Assembly (NCBI GenBank): GCA_010093705.1 | Contig: MU006090.1 | Span: 682,001 to 746,000 of the forward strand | Length of the DNA: 64,000 nucleotides | Reading direction: 5' to 3' | Source: Patellaria atrata CBS 101060 | Lineage: Eukaryota | Part shown: positions 52,831 to 64,000 of the stretch, one piece after another | Layout of the letters: each line of letters opens with the position of its first letter | Numbering within the stretch: the stretch's first letter is position 1 | The notes under the pieces: model-generated | The model's database searches: none | Told to the model about the DNA's origin: nothing | Seen by the model: the letters and a program-made list of their open reading frames with translations, nothing else | Program-made: the position numbers and the translations under genes

Positions 52831-53903
52831 TGACTGACCTGACAAGAACGGAAACTGGCCTTTACCCTAATTGACACTCAGCCTGCTTTATTAATCTCTT
52901 AAAAGTTGTCCAATCCAGCATCTTGGTGATAAGCTAGGTATTTGTTAGATATATTCATCTTTTTGCAGTTCTTCAAGGTGCACGCGGAACACTCTCTTAC
53001 AGTAGGATCGTTCTACTTGACGGTTGCGGGGAAACCGTCTCTGATGATTTTTCGCGCCTTCCCGGACGAGATGGGAACCGAATCTCAACAAAGTGGAAGA
53101 CATTCTCTTCAACTTCTTCCCTTAGCTCAGCGAGGTGGATATCGAAGTTAAACATATCATCAGAGATTCAAGGCTTAGAGGACAGAGAATGCGACAAATG
53201 ACACTTTTAATACATACGCCATGGCGGTGATTGGGTAGGTAGGTGGTAGAGCTCTGACTGAAACGCATACCTTACATGCGCATTCAGCTTGCAGTCAGGA
53301 TATGGGTGGATGTAATCATATTCTAGTTGCAGCTCGCTATCTATCTGCCGTCAGTCATTAGTATTACCCCTTCATTAGTAAGTCTGACGCGGAAGTCATC
53401 CGGAGAACATGTCACTATGCGAAAAGAAGCAAGAGGCTCAATGCATAGAGAGAAATGTTTGATAAGCAGTTATCCTAATTAAGTACTACAACTCTCTTCA
53501 AGAGCAAAAACAATCTGAGCATCGGGTATATCTACTGCCGAATGTGATGCTGAGGTGTGCCTGGCAACGGCGCCCTCCCGCCAGGAGAAGTCATACAAGT
53601 ACTCCCAGGCTGGTTGTGATAAACAGAACGCTCAATTGGAAGGAAAACTTTTTTGAGATTACTTTGTATACAGGTTCGTAAGACAATGCCCGCCGTCCCC
53701 CCCAAAAAAAAAGGTCAATTGGAAAACCATGCACCGGTCCGGAGTAAAAGGTAACGCCGTTGTTTTGATGCCGCGAGAATCAGAACCAGCTCGCTGATGG
53801 TCATAACTCAACCATGTATTGGTGAAAAAAACGCCGGTAGATGGAAGGAATAATCGAGAAGGGAAGCTTAGTTGGAAAAAAGAGACGAAAAGGGTAGCAG
53901 CTT

Positions 53904-54377
53904 CTACTTGTGGGAGAAGGTTCGGCTGACCCTGTTCCATGCATTTTCGATGCTGGTGCGCTTGTGGGACGCGTTGCTATCCTCGCTCATGGTCGAGCTA
54001 GCTGAGCCCGAGCGAGTAGAGCGAGGATGCATCTCATCGACGAGGTTGCCGGCACCACCGCGGCCGACATGATAGACGGGAGCTTGATGCTCCATGATGC
54101 GGCGCTGTTGGGCGAGTTCCTCGTCGAAGCTGAAGATGGCCCTCTCTTTCTGACGATGGGCGTTACCTGCACCACCTCTTCCGCTCAAGAAGACACTATT
54201 GGATGGTGGAGGAGTGAGTTTGGCTCGGGATGCAGGTCCGGAAGCATTGGCACCGTTGGTGACTGAAGCGGGATCGACATAGGTGACGTTCCCTGCACCG
54301 CCACGACCAGCGTGAATGTAACCACGAGGAACGGATGGGTGAGGTTCGGTGATTTGATAGGATGAGGATGAAACCAT
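53904..54377 (-). CDS. DUF3602 / Par32-like protein
   Basis: Three GRGGAGN motifs and FSFDEEL; start MVSSSSYQITEPH at 54377. Confidence 0.85.
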   Translation of the reverse strand: MVSSSSYQITEPHPSVPRGYIHAGRGGAGNVTYVDPASVTNGANASGPASRAKLTPPPSNSVFLSGRGGAGNAHRQKERAIFSFDEELAQQRRIMEHQAPVYHVGRGGAGNLVDEMHPRSTRSGSASSTMSEDSNASHKRTSIENAWNRVSRTFSHK

Positions 54378-55945
54378 TTTTGATGATATGAGGTTGATGG
54401 AGTTTTGTTCAGAGGTGGTGGTAGTAGGAAATTTGAATGGCTTTGAGATGGAAAATGTATTATATGTCTTGTTCACTTGGTTTGAAGAAGAACAGAAGCA
54501 ATGTTGTCTGAAATCTGTCTTTGTCTGATGAATAACGAAGAAACTTAGCTGGGTTCAGAGGGCTCTTATACTCGTTACGGACTTCATGACTCTTTTGTGC
54601 GGAGAAAAGAAAATTCTTCTAATTATTGCTAATAGGTGTCACGATGCCTCGTGTACTATGCAGTTAACGGCAGGGCTCAAAAATTGCAACAAAAATGCAG
54701 TGGTCAGCAGGTGAATTCCTTGTGCCTTGGCCGGAGGGAAATTGCGAAACGCTTTCCAGTTAACGGCAATCGTCACGTCAGGCTTTCGTTAAAAGACGTT
54801 AACAAAACTAGGGGGCAACAATGGTTGATGGATTCTTGATGGAACGATGATGTCTTGGTGTCCGCGATGGATGGCGAAAGAAAGCTGGGGGACCGGAGCC
54901 CTTCCAGGTCGCTTCGCTTGATGGCTTGGATGAATTTTCTGCTGCGAACGAACAGAGCACGCCCCCGGTCCACCTTATTTTAGGTGTAATAGGTCTGTAA
55001 GAGCTGTTTCCAGGCGACACCAGGCGAAGATGCCCCTCGCAGTTGCATGCGTACCTGAAAATCCATTTTGCTATTCTGTAGGTCGGATCGCTTGGCCCAT
55101 GATGCTTTTACGTGATTTTGCGTCTAGTGTAGTAGTTGTGGCGGCGGTTTGTCTTTCTACTGGACCGCGCCATTAGACCGGGCTACGCTGAGTGAGCTCA
55201 CAAGACTCACTACCCAGTTTCCTGGGGGTAATAAAAATCCATCGAGAATCCAATACTTTCAGTTCGGATGCATCACGTTGCCAAATAGGCGGTAAATCAT
55301 GGAGACTTTGCGCGTCGTGAAAGGATTTTTCTTTCAATTTCGGACTAAAAGTAGTTACCAGTTACCATCGGGCTCTCCTCACTTCCAGCTGAATTGTTCA
55401 CCCATCAGTAGTCGTGATGAAACGATGATTCTGTGCCTCGTGAGTCCCGCATTATTGGTACGGTTACGAACAGTGAAGAGCATCACCTGCCACGATTAAA
55501 GACTCTAGAATTGCCTCTCAAAGAGGCGAGACTGAGTGGGCAGATTGACGCCTCGAGCACGATCATTGCATCAGCCGTTGAGCGGAGACATTGCAGAGAA
55601 CAGAAACCTAAGCCATTCGATACGAGGTTAGATACAGTCGTTCTGCGACTGGATGTACTTCTACTTTTAACTGTACCTGTATCCGTATGGAGTACTGTGT
55701 GACTGTAACAACACACCGAGCGGCGATGTAACCCGGATGGATCACCAATTCGAGACCCAGTTTGGGAATGCGGAGGCGTGAGAAGCCACACTCACTGGAA
55801 TATGCGCTTTCAAATAATTGGACGAGTGTATGGCAGCAAATCTGCAAATACAAGTACTATAAACATGCTTTTCGAAATTCGACCACGGTTCAGAGATGCT
55901 GTAGGTTGGATTGCAGAGCCGAGCCGGATATTATCGATCAACAAA

Positions 55946-55980
55946 CTGGTCTCGCTGGTCTCGCTGGTCTCGCTGGTCTC
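55946..55980. repeat. ~4 x 9-bp tandem repeat (CTGGTCTCG)
   Basis: ctggtctcg ctggtctcg ctggtctcg ctggtctc in intergenic DNA. Confidence 0.85.
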
Positions 55981-56672
55981 AATAGTAGCTTCTGATTCGT
56001 GATTCAAGTCTCCAACTCTATTTCCCCACAATCCGCTAGCATCTGGTATTTCGTGATACATGTTCTAAGAAGAAGACTACGGTATCTTACCGTAAGGAGT
56101 CTAAAAAGTAGCCTCCCATGATCCCGTCTCTAAGTAAGGTACCTTAAAGGTACCTTAGGATAGAGCTCGGTACTCGGGAAACTGCTACCGCTCAGAATTT
56201 TTCAGTTCGTTCCTTCCACCACCAGGACCACCTAATCCTTTCCCTATGCGGCACATCAGCTATTATAAATGCGTCAAAGACTTCACCTCAATTGCATGCT
56301 TGAGGTGACCATGCTTCTAACGTGCTCATATGGATGTAGTGAGACAAGGGACTAAGGCCATTCTCCGAGGGAGTATTAAGTAAGAGAAAACACGAAAACG
56401 CCTGGTCAATATGCGGAGAGAGGGACGTGCCGACACCCCCTGTCGATTTGCACTTACTCGACCAGTTGACGCCATTTCTAACAAGCCGAGTTTGACAGCA
56501 AAGTCATTTCATAACCTTCTCCAGGGATATCAGCATGCAGAACCGGTAGTGATGCGGACGGGCTTCGTGTCTTTGGGAAGGGGAAGGATCCATCTAGAGC
56601 TGCAAGTATTGTTCGAAAAAAGCATCCAAAGTGTTGAATGCTACTCAGAAACCTGCAGCATCGATTAAAATT

Positions 56673-58016
56673 TCATGCAAATTTGCTATGTATTATATCC
56701 GGATTTTCCTGCCATTCGTCTTTTTCGACCCACATCTAGTAAACTATTAGCAAACATCCTGGTAACGCGGCAGACGCTGCTCACTTTCTTAAACGTGCTG
56801 AGACCTGCGAGGATACTTCCTCCTGTCCATGTCGTGTACTTTCTTTCGGGTGGTGCGAATATTTTGATTCTCATCTCCCTGACTGCTAGCCGCTGTACTT
56901 CGTGCAACAATCGGTCACCGAATCCTTTCGTGAGAGTAGAGCCGCCAGAAAGCACAATGCTCCCAAAGAGCGATTTTCGCAAATCCATGTCTGTGCGATT
57001 AATAGCATCTACAACGATCTGATGTACGCCGGGATACTCAAGACCAATGATTTCGGGATTGAATAATATTTCCGGTGCCCTGAACCGTTCCGCACCGACC
57101 TAGTCGAGTGAGCAAGTTGCCAATGTAACAGCAAAATAGATACCATACTTTGAGCTTATTACCGTCTGGTAAAGTGTACTCAACACTCTTCCCGTCAGAC
57201 CTCGCAGAGTTGCCGGACCACTCCTTTTCCTCCTTCACTGGATCAATTGCAATATAGCCCGTTTTCTCTTTAATCATTCTCACCACCTCTTTCTCCGCGC
57301 TTGTGTGGAAGACGTAGCCAGCCTTTCGAAGTAACGTTTGCATCCGCTCTGTCACATCCCGTCCAGCAACGTCGATTCTTCTTATACTATTTGGCATTGC
57401 AAATCCCTCGTATACTGGAACTGCATGCGAAACACCATCACCGCAGTCCAGAACTATGCCCGTCGTCCGACCCGATGCGTAAAGAGACAAGACTGCCTGA
57501 ATGGAGGTGTAGAGAGCTGGCACATTGAAGGTTTCGAAGAGGATCTGAGCCGCGGTATCGCGATTACTTCGGGGATTCAAGGGGGGTTCAGTGAGTAGCA
57601 CTGGATGCTGTAGGGAAATTCCATAGATGTTAGTAACATGTAAAGAGCTCAATCCAAGATTTTAGACGTAAAGTAGAAGGTCTCCATATAGTCAATGCCT
57701 AAGGACGTACCTCCTCACTGGTTGTTTTCAACTCTTCCGCATATACATAGGTCCAAATCCTCTCCATATCATCCCAATCGGTGACAATGCCATGTTCAAG
57801 GGGATAGTTGATCTTAAGTAATCCTCTGAGTTCTTGTGCTCGGGGACCGATAAACACATCTCCTTCTAGAGCTCCCGCTAAAGCACGAACATGTTTTGGC
57901 CGTCCGACGAATGAGGGAAAATAGCACTTTGGAAGATCCTGTCCTGCAAAGCCAGCTCTGATTGTTCCGCTGCCATTATCCAAAACAATCGGGGCATTTA
58001 GAAGGCGTGAGCCCAT
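56673..58016 (-). CDS. arp1: Actin-related protein 1 (centractin, dynactin subunit; ro-4/nudK type)
   Basis: [55 protein letters not shown] and [17 protein letters not shown]; three introns; ends IIHSKFA* at 56673. Confidence 0.95.
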
Positions 58017-59394
58017 AGCTGCAACTGATCTAATGAAACTGCTCTAAAGTATTGATTTATCCTGGTATGTTTCCTTGATGGGGTCGCAGATGTGGAGTAT
58101 CGAAATGTGTCGTGGAAGGAGCTCTAATCTTTTGATTAAAGTTGTAGAATGTCGCGATGGTTGACGCGCAAAGAAATGCAGGGATCACTAGCGCGGGATA
58201 CGGTCTGATGTTAAATCAAACCTCACCTCAACCTCATTGGGACTCCCGTTCAGATTCCACGGCGGTTCCCTTTCAACTATCCTATAGTAGTCCTCAAATC
58301 TGCGCCTCAATCATAAAGGAATTGTTCTTTCAATTCTGTTACTTCTTAGGTCGTAGTGATTACCCTCCTAGGAAGTATCAGACTCAGTCTAGCCTTCTAG
58401 ATATACCCCCTTTTCCAGAATATCAATGCTTAGATCATTTGAAACCATTCAAAGAATCCTCTGTCTATTTTTAATTCTTCTTTGCTCGTCTTTACTTCTT
58501 TCCCCGTATATACCCCCACGTACAGTAGATCTATAGCTGCTATTGAACTTGCAAACTTAAATGAAATGCTATCACTCCTTTCAAATAGTCTCAAGCTCCA
58601 CCATATATGAAATATTGATTTGATTGATGATCATCTAGTTTGCTCCTTTAATCCTTTCTCTTACGGAAACTCCTCCTCTATCTCAGTTCCCTTAGCCGCT
58701 ATTCGATTTGCATAGCGAAATACGATATAACTGATGGTTTGAGACCGTCTCCAACTTCTCAAATGCGATATTATGTTTTGATTTTTGCATCCCGGAATTT
58801 ACTTTTGTAGTTCCTCCTTTATAGGATATACTCCTTTGATGCAGTCCCCTCAGTTATTGTGTGGTCAATCTTGCTGAAGGATCTCCTATCTCAGTTATGA
58901 GAAGGACTCAGCTTGTTTGTCTATTCACTGTACGGAGGAACTCTCCTATACAGATGCTCGTTCCACAAAGAGAACTGCAGTCGACGAATGCTGCTCTTGA
59001 TAGGAGAGGACGGTACTATGTTTGAACAAGAAGATACTATAACATCGCTAAGGTATAATACTGTCCTCTTTGAATGCAATTATGATTACTTTGTTAATAT
59101 TCTGAATCTGTTAGTATTGTTCAGATAATGCCCGAACGGATAATGCAGGATTTCCCGGTCCAGGCTCACCGCAGCAGTATAATTCAACAAGACTCTGAAT
59201 ATATGTCCCGAAACAATGCAAATATCGAATACAAATGTGTTAGCTTTGAATAGAATGTAGTAAAGAAAGACCATAAGCCATTAGTTATGCGGTAGAGGGA
59301 CGGGGTTGGGCGAAAAGATTTGCTTCTTAGGAGTAGTGCCAAGAAAGAAGAGTTGTGGCATATAAAGATTCGAAGCAAGGTTAACTCACAGGTT

Positions 59395-59560
59395 GGTCAG
59401 ATAGTTTAGTGGGACGCCTCGAAGCTTTCACCGTCCAGATTACGCAGGTTCGAATCCCGCGATTGAAGTTTCGACTTCGCCTAAACCGGACCCTCAGTAC
59501 TCTTTACTGTGAGGCTATGTCGGCAAAGCACTATGTGGCTCTGGGGGACAAAAAATAATT
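59395..59560 (+). mobile_element. tRNA-Glu(TTC)-derived SINE-like element / tRNA pseudogene with structured 3' body
   Basis: A-box TAGTTTAGTGG (59402-59412), anticodon loop CTTTCAC (59425-59431) and B-box GGTTCGAATCC (59447-59457), but the acceptor and anticodon stems are broken. Followed by an ~80-nt pseudoknot-forming segment and an A/T-rich tail. Confidence 0.6.
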
Positions 59561-60262
59561 TAATTTTCTCCCCCCCCCCTTTAACTAAGGAACTGCTACG
59601 TAAAGTCCTATTTTTTTTATATCTTTTCTTTAACTTTGTCAAATATTTCTTCTATACCTTTACGAATATATTATGCATCGTGGGGAACCTTGATGGCTCT
59701 TTCATGCTCTCTACACTACCAATAAAAATATCTGCCCCTTGTGATTCTTTCTTTCAATACATATAACAAGGTAGGAAAATATATTAAGGAACATTTTAAA
59801 TACTCATAACCAGATATTAAATACGTTCTAGCGTCTATTTTCAACCTATCTGTTGAGGTACGGGGTTGAACCTACTCAGGGATAGTCTCTGTTCAAATAT
59901 GATCTCGACCCCATTCAGCGTCTTTCTATTTTTTGCGCGCATCTTCCCAGCTACACGGTCCTATTATGTTAGGGATAAACATACAATGTGAATAACCTTG
60001 CTCCGTTGTGTCGTCCTCGATGAAGAGCACCCGTGCGCTCAGGCACGAAGAATTCCGCAGTTACCATATGACCATCAACCTTCACATATCACACGATCAT
60101 GCAGTAGTACCAGGCAACAATACCGTCATAAAGCCGACATTTCGTTTGCGCGCTAGTCCACACTGCAACAGATTTAAACCCATCACCCACCTGTTATCTA
60201 CCACTACATTCCAACATAATCAATCCTCTCTTTCATTCTTCTTCGAATCTTAATCTTTCATC

Positions 60263-61606
60263 ATGGTAGCCGCAAAGGAGCAAGCGAAGAAATCTCACAG
60301 CGCTAAAACCCCAGACTGGCTAAAGAAAAACCAGAACAAGAAACGCAAAGAAAAAAGCAAGGCGGGGAAAGCTCACCACAAAGCGGCTTCATCGAGCAAA
60401 ACCATAGAAGATGCCAGGCTTGCTACGCAAGCGTTTAAAAAGAGAATGGCAGAGGCACGCGCAGTCCAACGACACGAGAAGTATAATAGGAAGCAACATA
60501 CCCTCTGGCACGCTGGTCCAGTCAAGGCTGAGATCGAGGAACATTTCAAGATCCCGAAGGATCTTCATCCACAGCTTCACTGGTAAGTTTCAGCGCTTGC
60601 AGGCACCTCCCGCTTCATTTTACTAACGATATTAATGAAGGCGGTAGATACGTGCCCTAGAGTACATCAATTATAACAGGATGATATAAGTTACAAAGTG
60701 ATTAAGCAATATGCCTGCTCACATATGTAGTCTACCACCGGAATTTGGCACCATGAACTATTTTTACGAACCGCTCGATAATTACTTCCGTGCTAACTCT
60801 CGACTCGATCTCATTGAGCTAGAGTTTCATCTCAGCTATGAGCTAAACTTCAAGCACGCTATGTTCCTTTTACACTTTGGATTCCACTTCTCCTACACAT
60901 TTGATGTCAAATTTCGCAGCGCAGACTTCATCCACCGCTACACCCATCAAGTGCAAGACAGCGGGCTTGACTCCACCTTCCCCACCGACATATTCATCAA
61001 ATTCACGGATAATATTGACGAGATGAAGTCAACGCCGGGTAGTTTTGCGAAGCGTGAAGAGTTCTGTCGATGATATATCGATACGCACGAGGAGTTTTCC
61101 GCTATATCACTGAAAGGCTCGAGGGACTTCGAGAAGTATAGATCCCAGAATCAAACCGCCATGTTCGTCGCCAAGTCGTTGGTCCAACGGGAAATAACGA
61201 GGCAAAAGCGCTGGGAACATGCCGAAGAATTGGCTGGTGCGGTCAAAAGATCTCTCTCTACGTACGAACGTTACCAAAAGCGTAGACGCCATCAACAATG
61301 CATTTACTCCGACCTCTCTTGAGGTCTGGGAACCCGAAGAAGAAAATCTTTCTGGAGTTGGATCAAACGGGAAATACGTTAGCATATAATCGTGCTATGG
61401 CAGTTTTGGCCAAGTTAGATTCACTGGGGATTGAGGAGAAAGCGGACGCTATTATTGCTGGGGTTGATGAGGATGATGATGGGGATGGAGATAGTGTTGA
61501 TGATAGCGATGAGAAAGATGACGACGATGATGATAGTGATGATGAGGATGGGGAGGAAGTTCTGATCAATATTGACGAGGATGATGACATGCTTGACTGC
61601 GATTAA
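60263..61606 (+). pseudogene. Disrupted orphan gene (K-rich N-terminus, D/E-rich C-terminus)
   Basis: Intron 60583-60640 puts exon 2 in frame with ORF 60711, but with TAG 60645, TAA 60687, TGA 60699, TGA 61071 and a frameshift before the acidic tail. Confidence 0.6.
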
Positions 61607-62750
61607 TCTGTTCATCATCCCTTGATGATCATACCTTGTCTGTAATCTGCATATACCAACGCATGGCATAAATGGAAGACATGAAGGAATTGTAGCATAA
61701 TCCCAATTTCCTCCCGTAATGAAACCTTCAACCGTGACCGATATCCCACCATGACAACCTCCACGCACTGCACTGATATGCATACCATCATTCCCACCCC
61801 ACTATCAAGATGTTCTCAATCAGTACCTCTCAAAACGGTGGTACAAGGCATCCCACATTATCCTCTACCGTCCTATGTTAGCATACGTGTTTTATTGCCT
61901 GTGGTATTTCTAAGCTCACTGATGCCTTCTCCCTAGGAATGCGAGTCCTCAACCATCGTCCCAATCCTTCTCCACGCCGAGTGTGTCATAACTGCTTACG
62001 GCTTAGAACGGCTTTGTTGCATAACTCCGACATACTCCCTGTCGTTTCTATGACCCACTATCACTCCCCAACCACCGTACGCCCGCTAGATGCCCACCAT
62101 CGCTCCTCCTCCACGACCTACCGTGCAGTAACCAGGAGACAGATAACTCAGGGTCCATACAGCTTGACGTTACTTATGCAGCTGTCCCTCATGCTATACC
62201 GCAGTAACCCACCCATTTCAAAAGCAGACGATGAATTCAGACAGCTCTGTTATAACGGGGAATGGCATCTTCTCGACCGTCCGTACAATACATCCAGTTC
62301 ACGGTTCCTCCCTCGTTATGGCTGAGGATTTGGATCCTAAGAGCAAGTGTTGCATGTTCTTTGGTGGGCTCTTAAATTGAAAGGAAGGCCAGGAACGCGA
62401 GAGCTGTGTTGGTATGTGAGTCTGCGAATATGACATGGTTGTATACCACGCGGGTTACGTTAAAAGGAGCCGGAGCCAGTTCCTGGAATAAACGTAGAGA
62501 AGCTCGGAGATGGACAACAAGGAGAGAAATGGCCTTCCTATCTGTCTGTTCCTGCTGGGGAAGTATGTACTGAAATCCCCATCAACAGCACAGTTTTCAT
62601 TGGGAAGAAGGATAATCTCTTCGAGATTCGTCAGCAGAATAATACAATACAAATCGAGTAATGATAGGGATTGATTCAAGAGTTGAAATTCATAAGTTCC
62701 ATTTGAATTGACCTTTACTATTATGAAATCAAGTATTAAAAAACATAGCT

Positions 62751-63806
62751 CTAAGCCTTATCTACGACCAAAACGCCTCTGTACCTCATTTTCCCGCTGT
62801 TAAGCACATCAAATGCATCTGTAATCCCCCTTTCGTTCATAGGAAACGTTTGCGTCATAGGTTTTATATCGTTTCGAGCGGCAAAGTCCAGCATTTGGTT
62901 ATGCACGTGTCGCGCCGCCACGATGGTCCCCTGGAGCGTGATACCGCTCTGAATAAAGGGGAGGGATGGAACGCTGATGTTATCTCCAGAAACGGAGAGA
63001 GGGAATATAGTTGCTCCTGGCGCTAGAAGCGGTAGATATATCGACCAGTCTAGACAGTCCATTAGCTCAAACCGATTTAAGTTACAGCAAACACCGATGT
63101 TCTTACCTGGGAGTTCACTTGTTGTCACAATCAAATAGTCTAGCTTATGTCCAATATCCACCTCCTTCTTCCCCTTCATCGCATAGAACTCCTTGGCCCC
63201 TAATTTCGTTGCCTCGTCTTTCTTCGAATCCGTCCCGCTAAACACAACAACATCACAACCCGCCTTCGCCGCAAACTCAATCGCAAGATGTCCCAAACCG
63301 CCTACACCTACAACGCCGACCCTGGATGTGGGCTTAACATCATAAGTATAGAGCGCGTTGAAAACCGTCGCACCTCCGCACATCAACGGCGCCGCATTCA
63401 CATCACTCAGTGCATCCGGGATCTTGAAGATATACGGTTCCCGCCAAACGCCATGCGATCCGAAACTTCCCTGGTCTGTATTCGCGTCTCCGTACATCTT
63501 GCGCTGGAGACAGTAAGTTTCTCGCCCTGAGAGGCATTGCTGGCACATCCCGCAGGTCTCCTGAAGGTAGCCCCATCCGACGCGGTCGCCCTTTTTCAAG
63601 GTCTTGACGGCTGGTCCGACGTCTTCGACCACGCCGGCGCCTTCGTGTCCCAAGGCAATGCCAGAGGTGCGATAATGGACATCAGTACCGCAAAGACCAG
63701 ATGCGGTGATGCGGATGAGAACCAAGTCCCCACTGAGGTCTTTGGTGACAGTTGATTTGACGATGGAGCCATCTTCTGAGCCTTTGAAGACTGTGAAGGA
63801 GACCAT
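62751..63806 (-). CDS. Zinc-dependent NADP-alcohol dehydrogenase (MDR, cinnamyl-alcohol dehydrogenase-like)
   Basis: GLCGTD, GHEGAG, CGMCQQC...YC, APLMCGGATV and GVGGLG; 57-nt in-frame intron 63106-63050. Confidence 0.93.
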   Translation of the reverse strand: MVSFTVFKGSEDGSIVKSTVTKDLSGDLVLIRITASGLCGTDVHYRTSGIALGHEGAGVVEDVGPAVKTLKKGDRVGWGYLQETCGMCQQCLSGRETYCLQRKMYGDANTDQGSFGSHGVWREPYIFKIPDALSDVNAAPLMCGGATVFNALYTYDVKPTSRVGVVGVGGLGHLAIEFAAKAGCDVVVFSGTDSKKDEATKLGAKEFYAMKGKKEVDIGHKLDYLIVTTSELPGKNIGVCCNLNRFELMDCLDWSIYLPLLAPGATIFPLSVSGDNISVPSLPFIQSGITLQGTIVAARHVHNQMLDFAARNDIKPMTQTFPMNERGITDAFDVLNSGKMRYRGVLVVDKA

Positions 63807-64000
63807 ATTGGATGTGTCTTTGGACGACGGAGAGAGATGTAGTTTTTCTTTCTTTTCGCCGACTTTTTTTAATGATATTGGAGAATATGTGCTGAGATAT
63901 GATCTGAAGACTGAAAAATTCGGGTATGCTTCCTTACGTTAGTTTTTATATCGGTCGATAGCTTTGTATTCTATATCTGAAGACCATTACCCTGTATGAC

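Noticed and set aside
41521..55980. CRISPR-like arrays at the short tandem repeats
   Set aside because: Eukaryotic context, repeats of only 9-10 bp with no unique spacers, and no cas genes.
56136..56308. AAGGTACCTT doublet and TCACCTCAA/TTGAGGTGA hairpin
   Set aside because: Short palindromes without family, TSD or functional context.
59395..59468. Functional tRNA-Glu gene
   Set aside because: Acceptor and anticodon stems do not pair properly and the T-stem has a mismatch; treated as a SINE head or pseudogene.

Overview
64 kb of an intron-containing filamentous ascomycete (Pezizomycotina) genome. The left ~40 kb is accessory-like. It holds a J-domain gene, a sensor-less NACHT/NLR gene, and a five-exon DUF3328 (UstYa-like) oxidase transcribed divergently from an unannotated, spliced 83-aa secreted peptide gene; with an adjacent GNAT gene this is a candidate fungal RiPP system. 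It also holds two PTH11-like receptors flanking an amino-acid permease, an AA9 LPMO, a double-ABM protein, a decayed SesB-like/NB-ARC/TPR NLR next to a decayed CorA-like gene, a CE15 glucuronoyl esterase and several broken low-complexity orphan genes. The right ~24 kb is mostly housekeeping: sod2, a sidL-like acyltransferase, a Bud2-like RasGAP, a conserved hypothetical gene, a DUF3602 gene, arp1 and a Zn-dependent alcohol dehydrogenase. It also carries a long-TIR non-autonomous DNA transposon and a tRNA-Glu-derived SINE-like element whose body can be folded into an HDV-ribozyme-like nested pseudoknot. All gene models were spliced by hand from GT-AG sites and branch motifs; no database searches were run.
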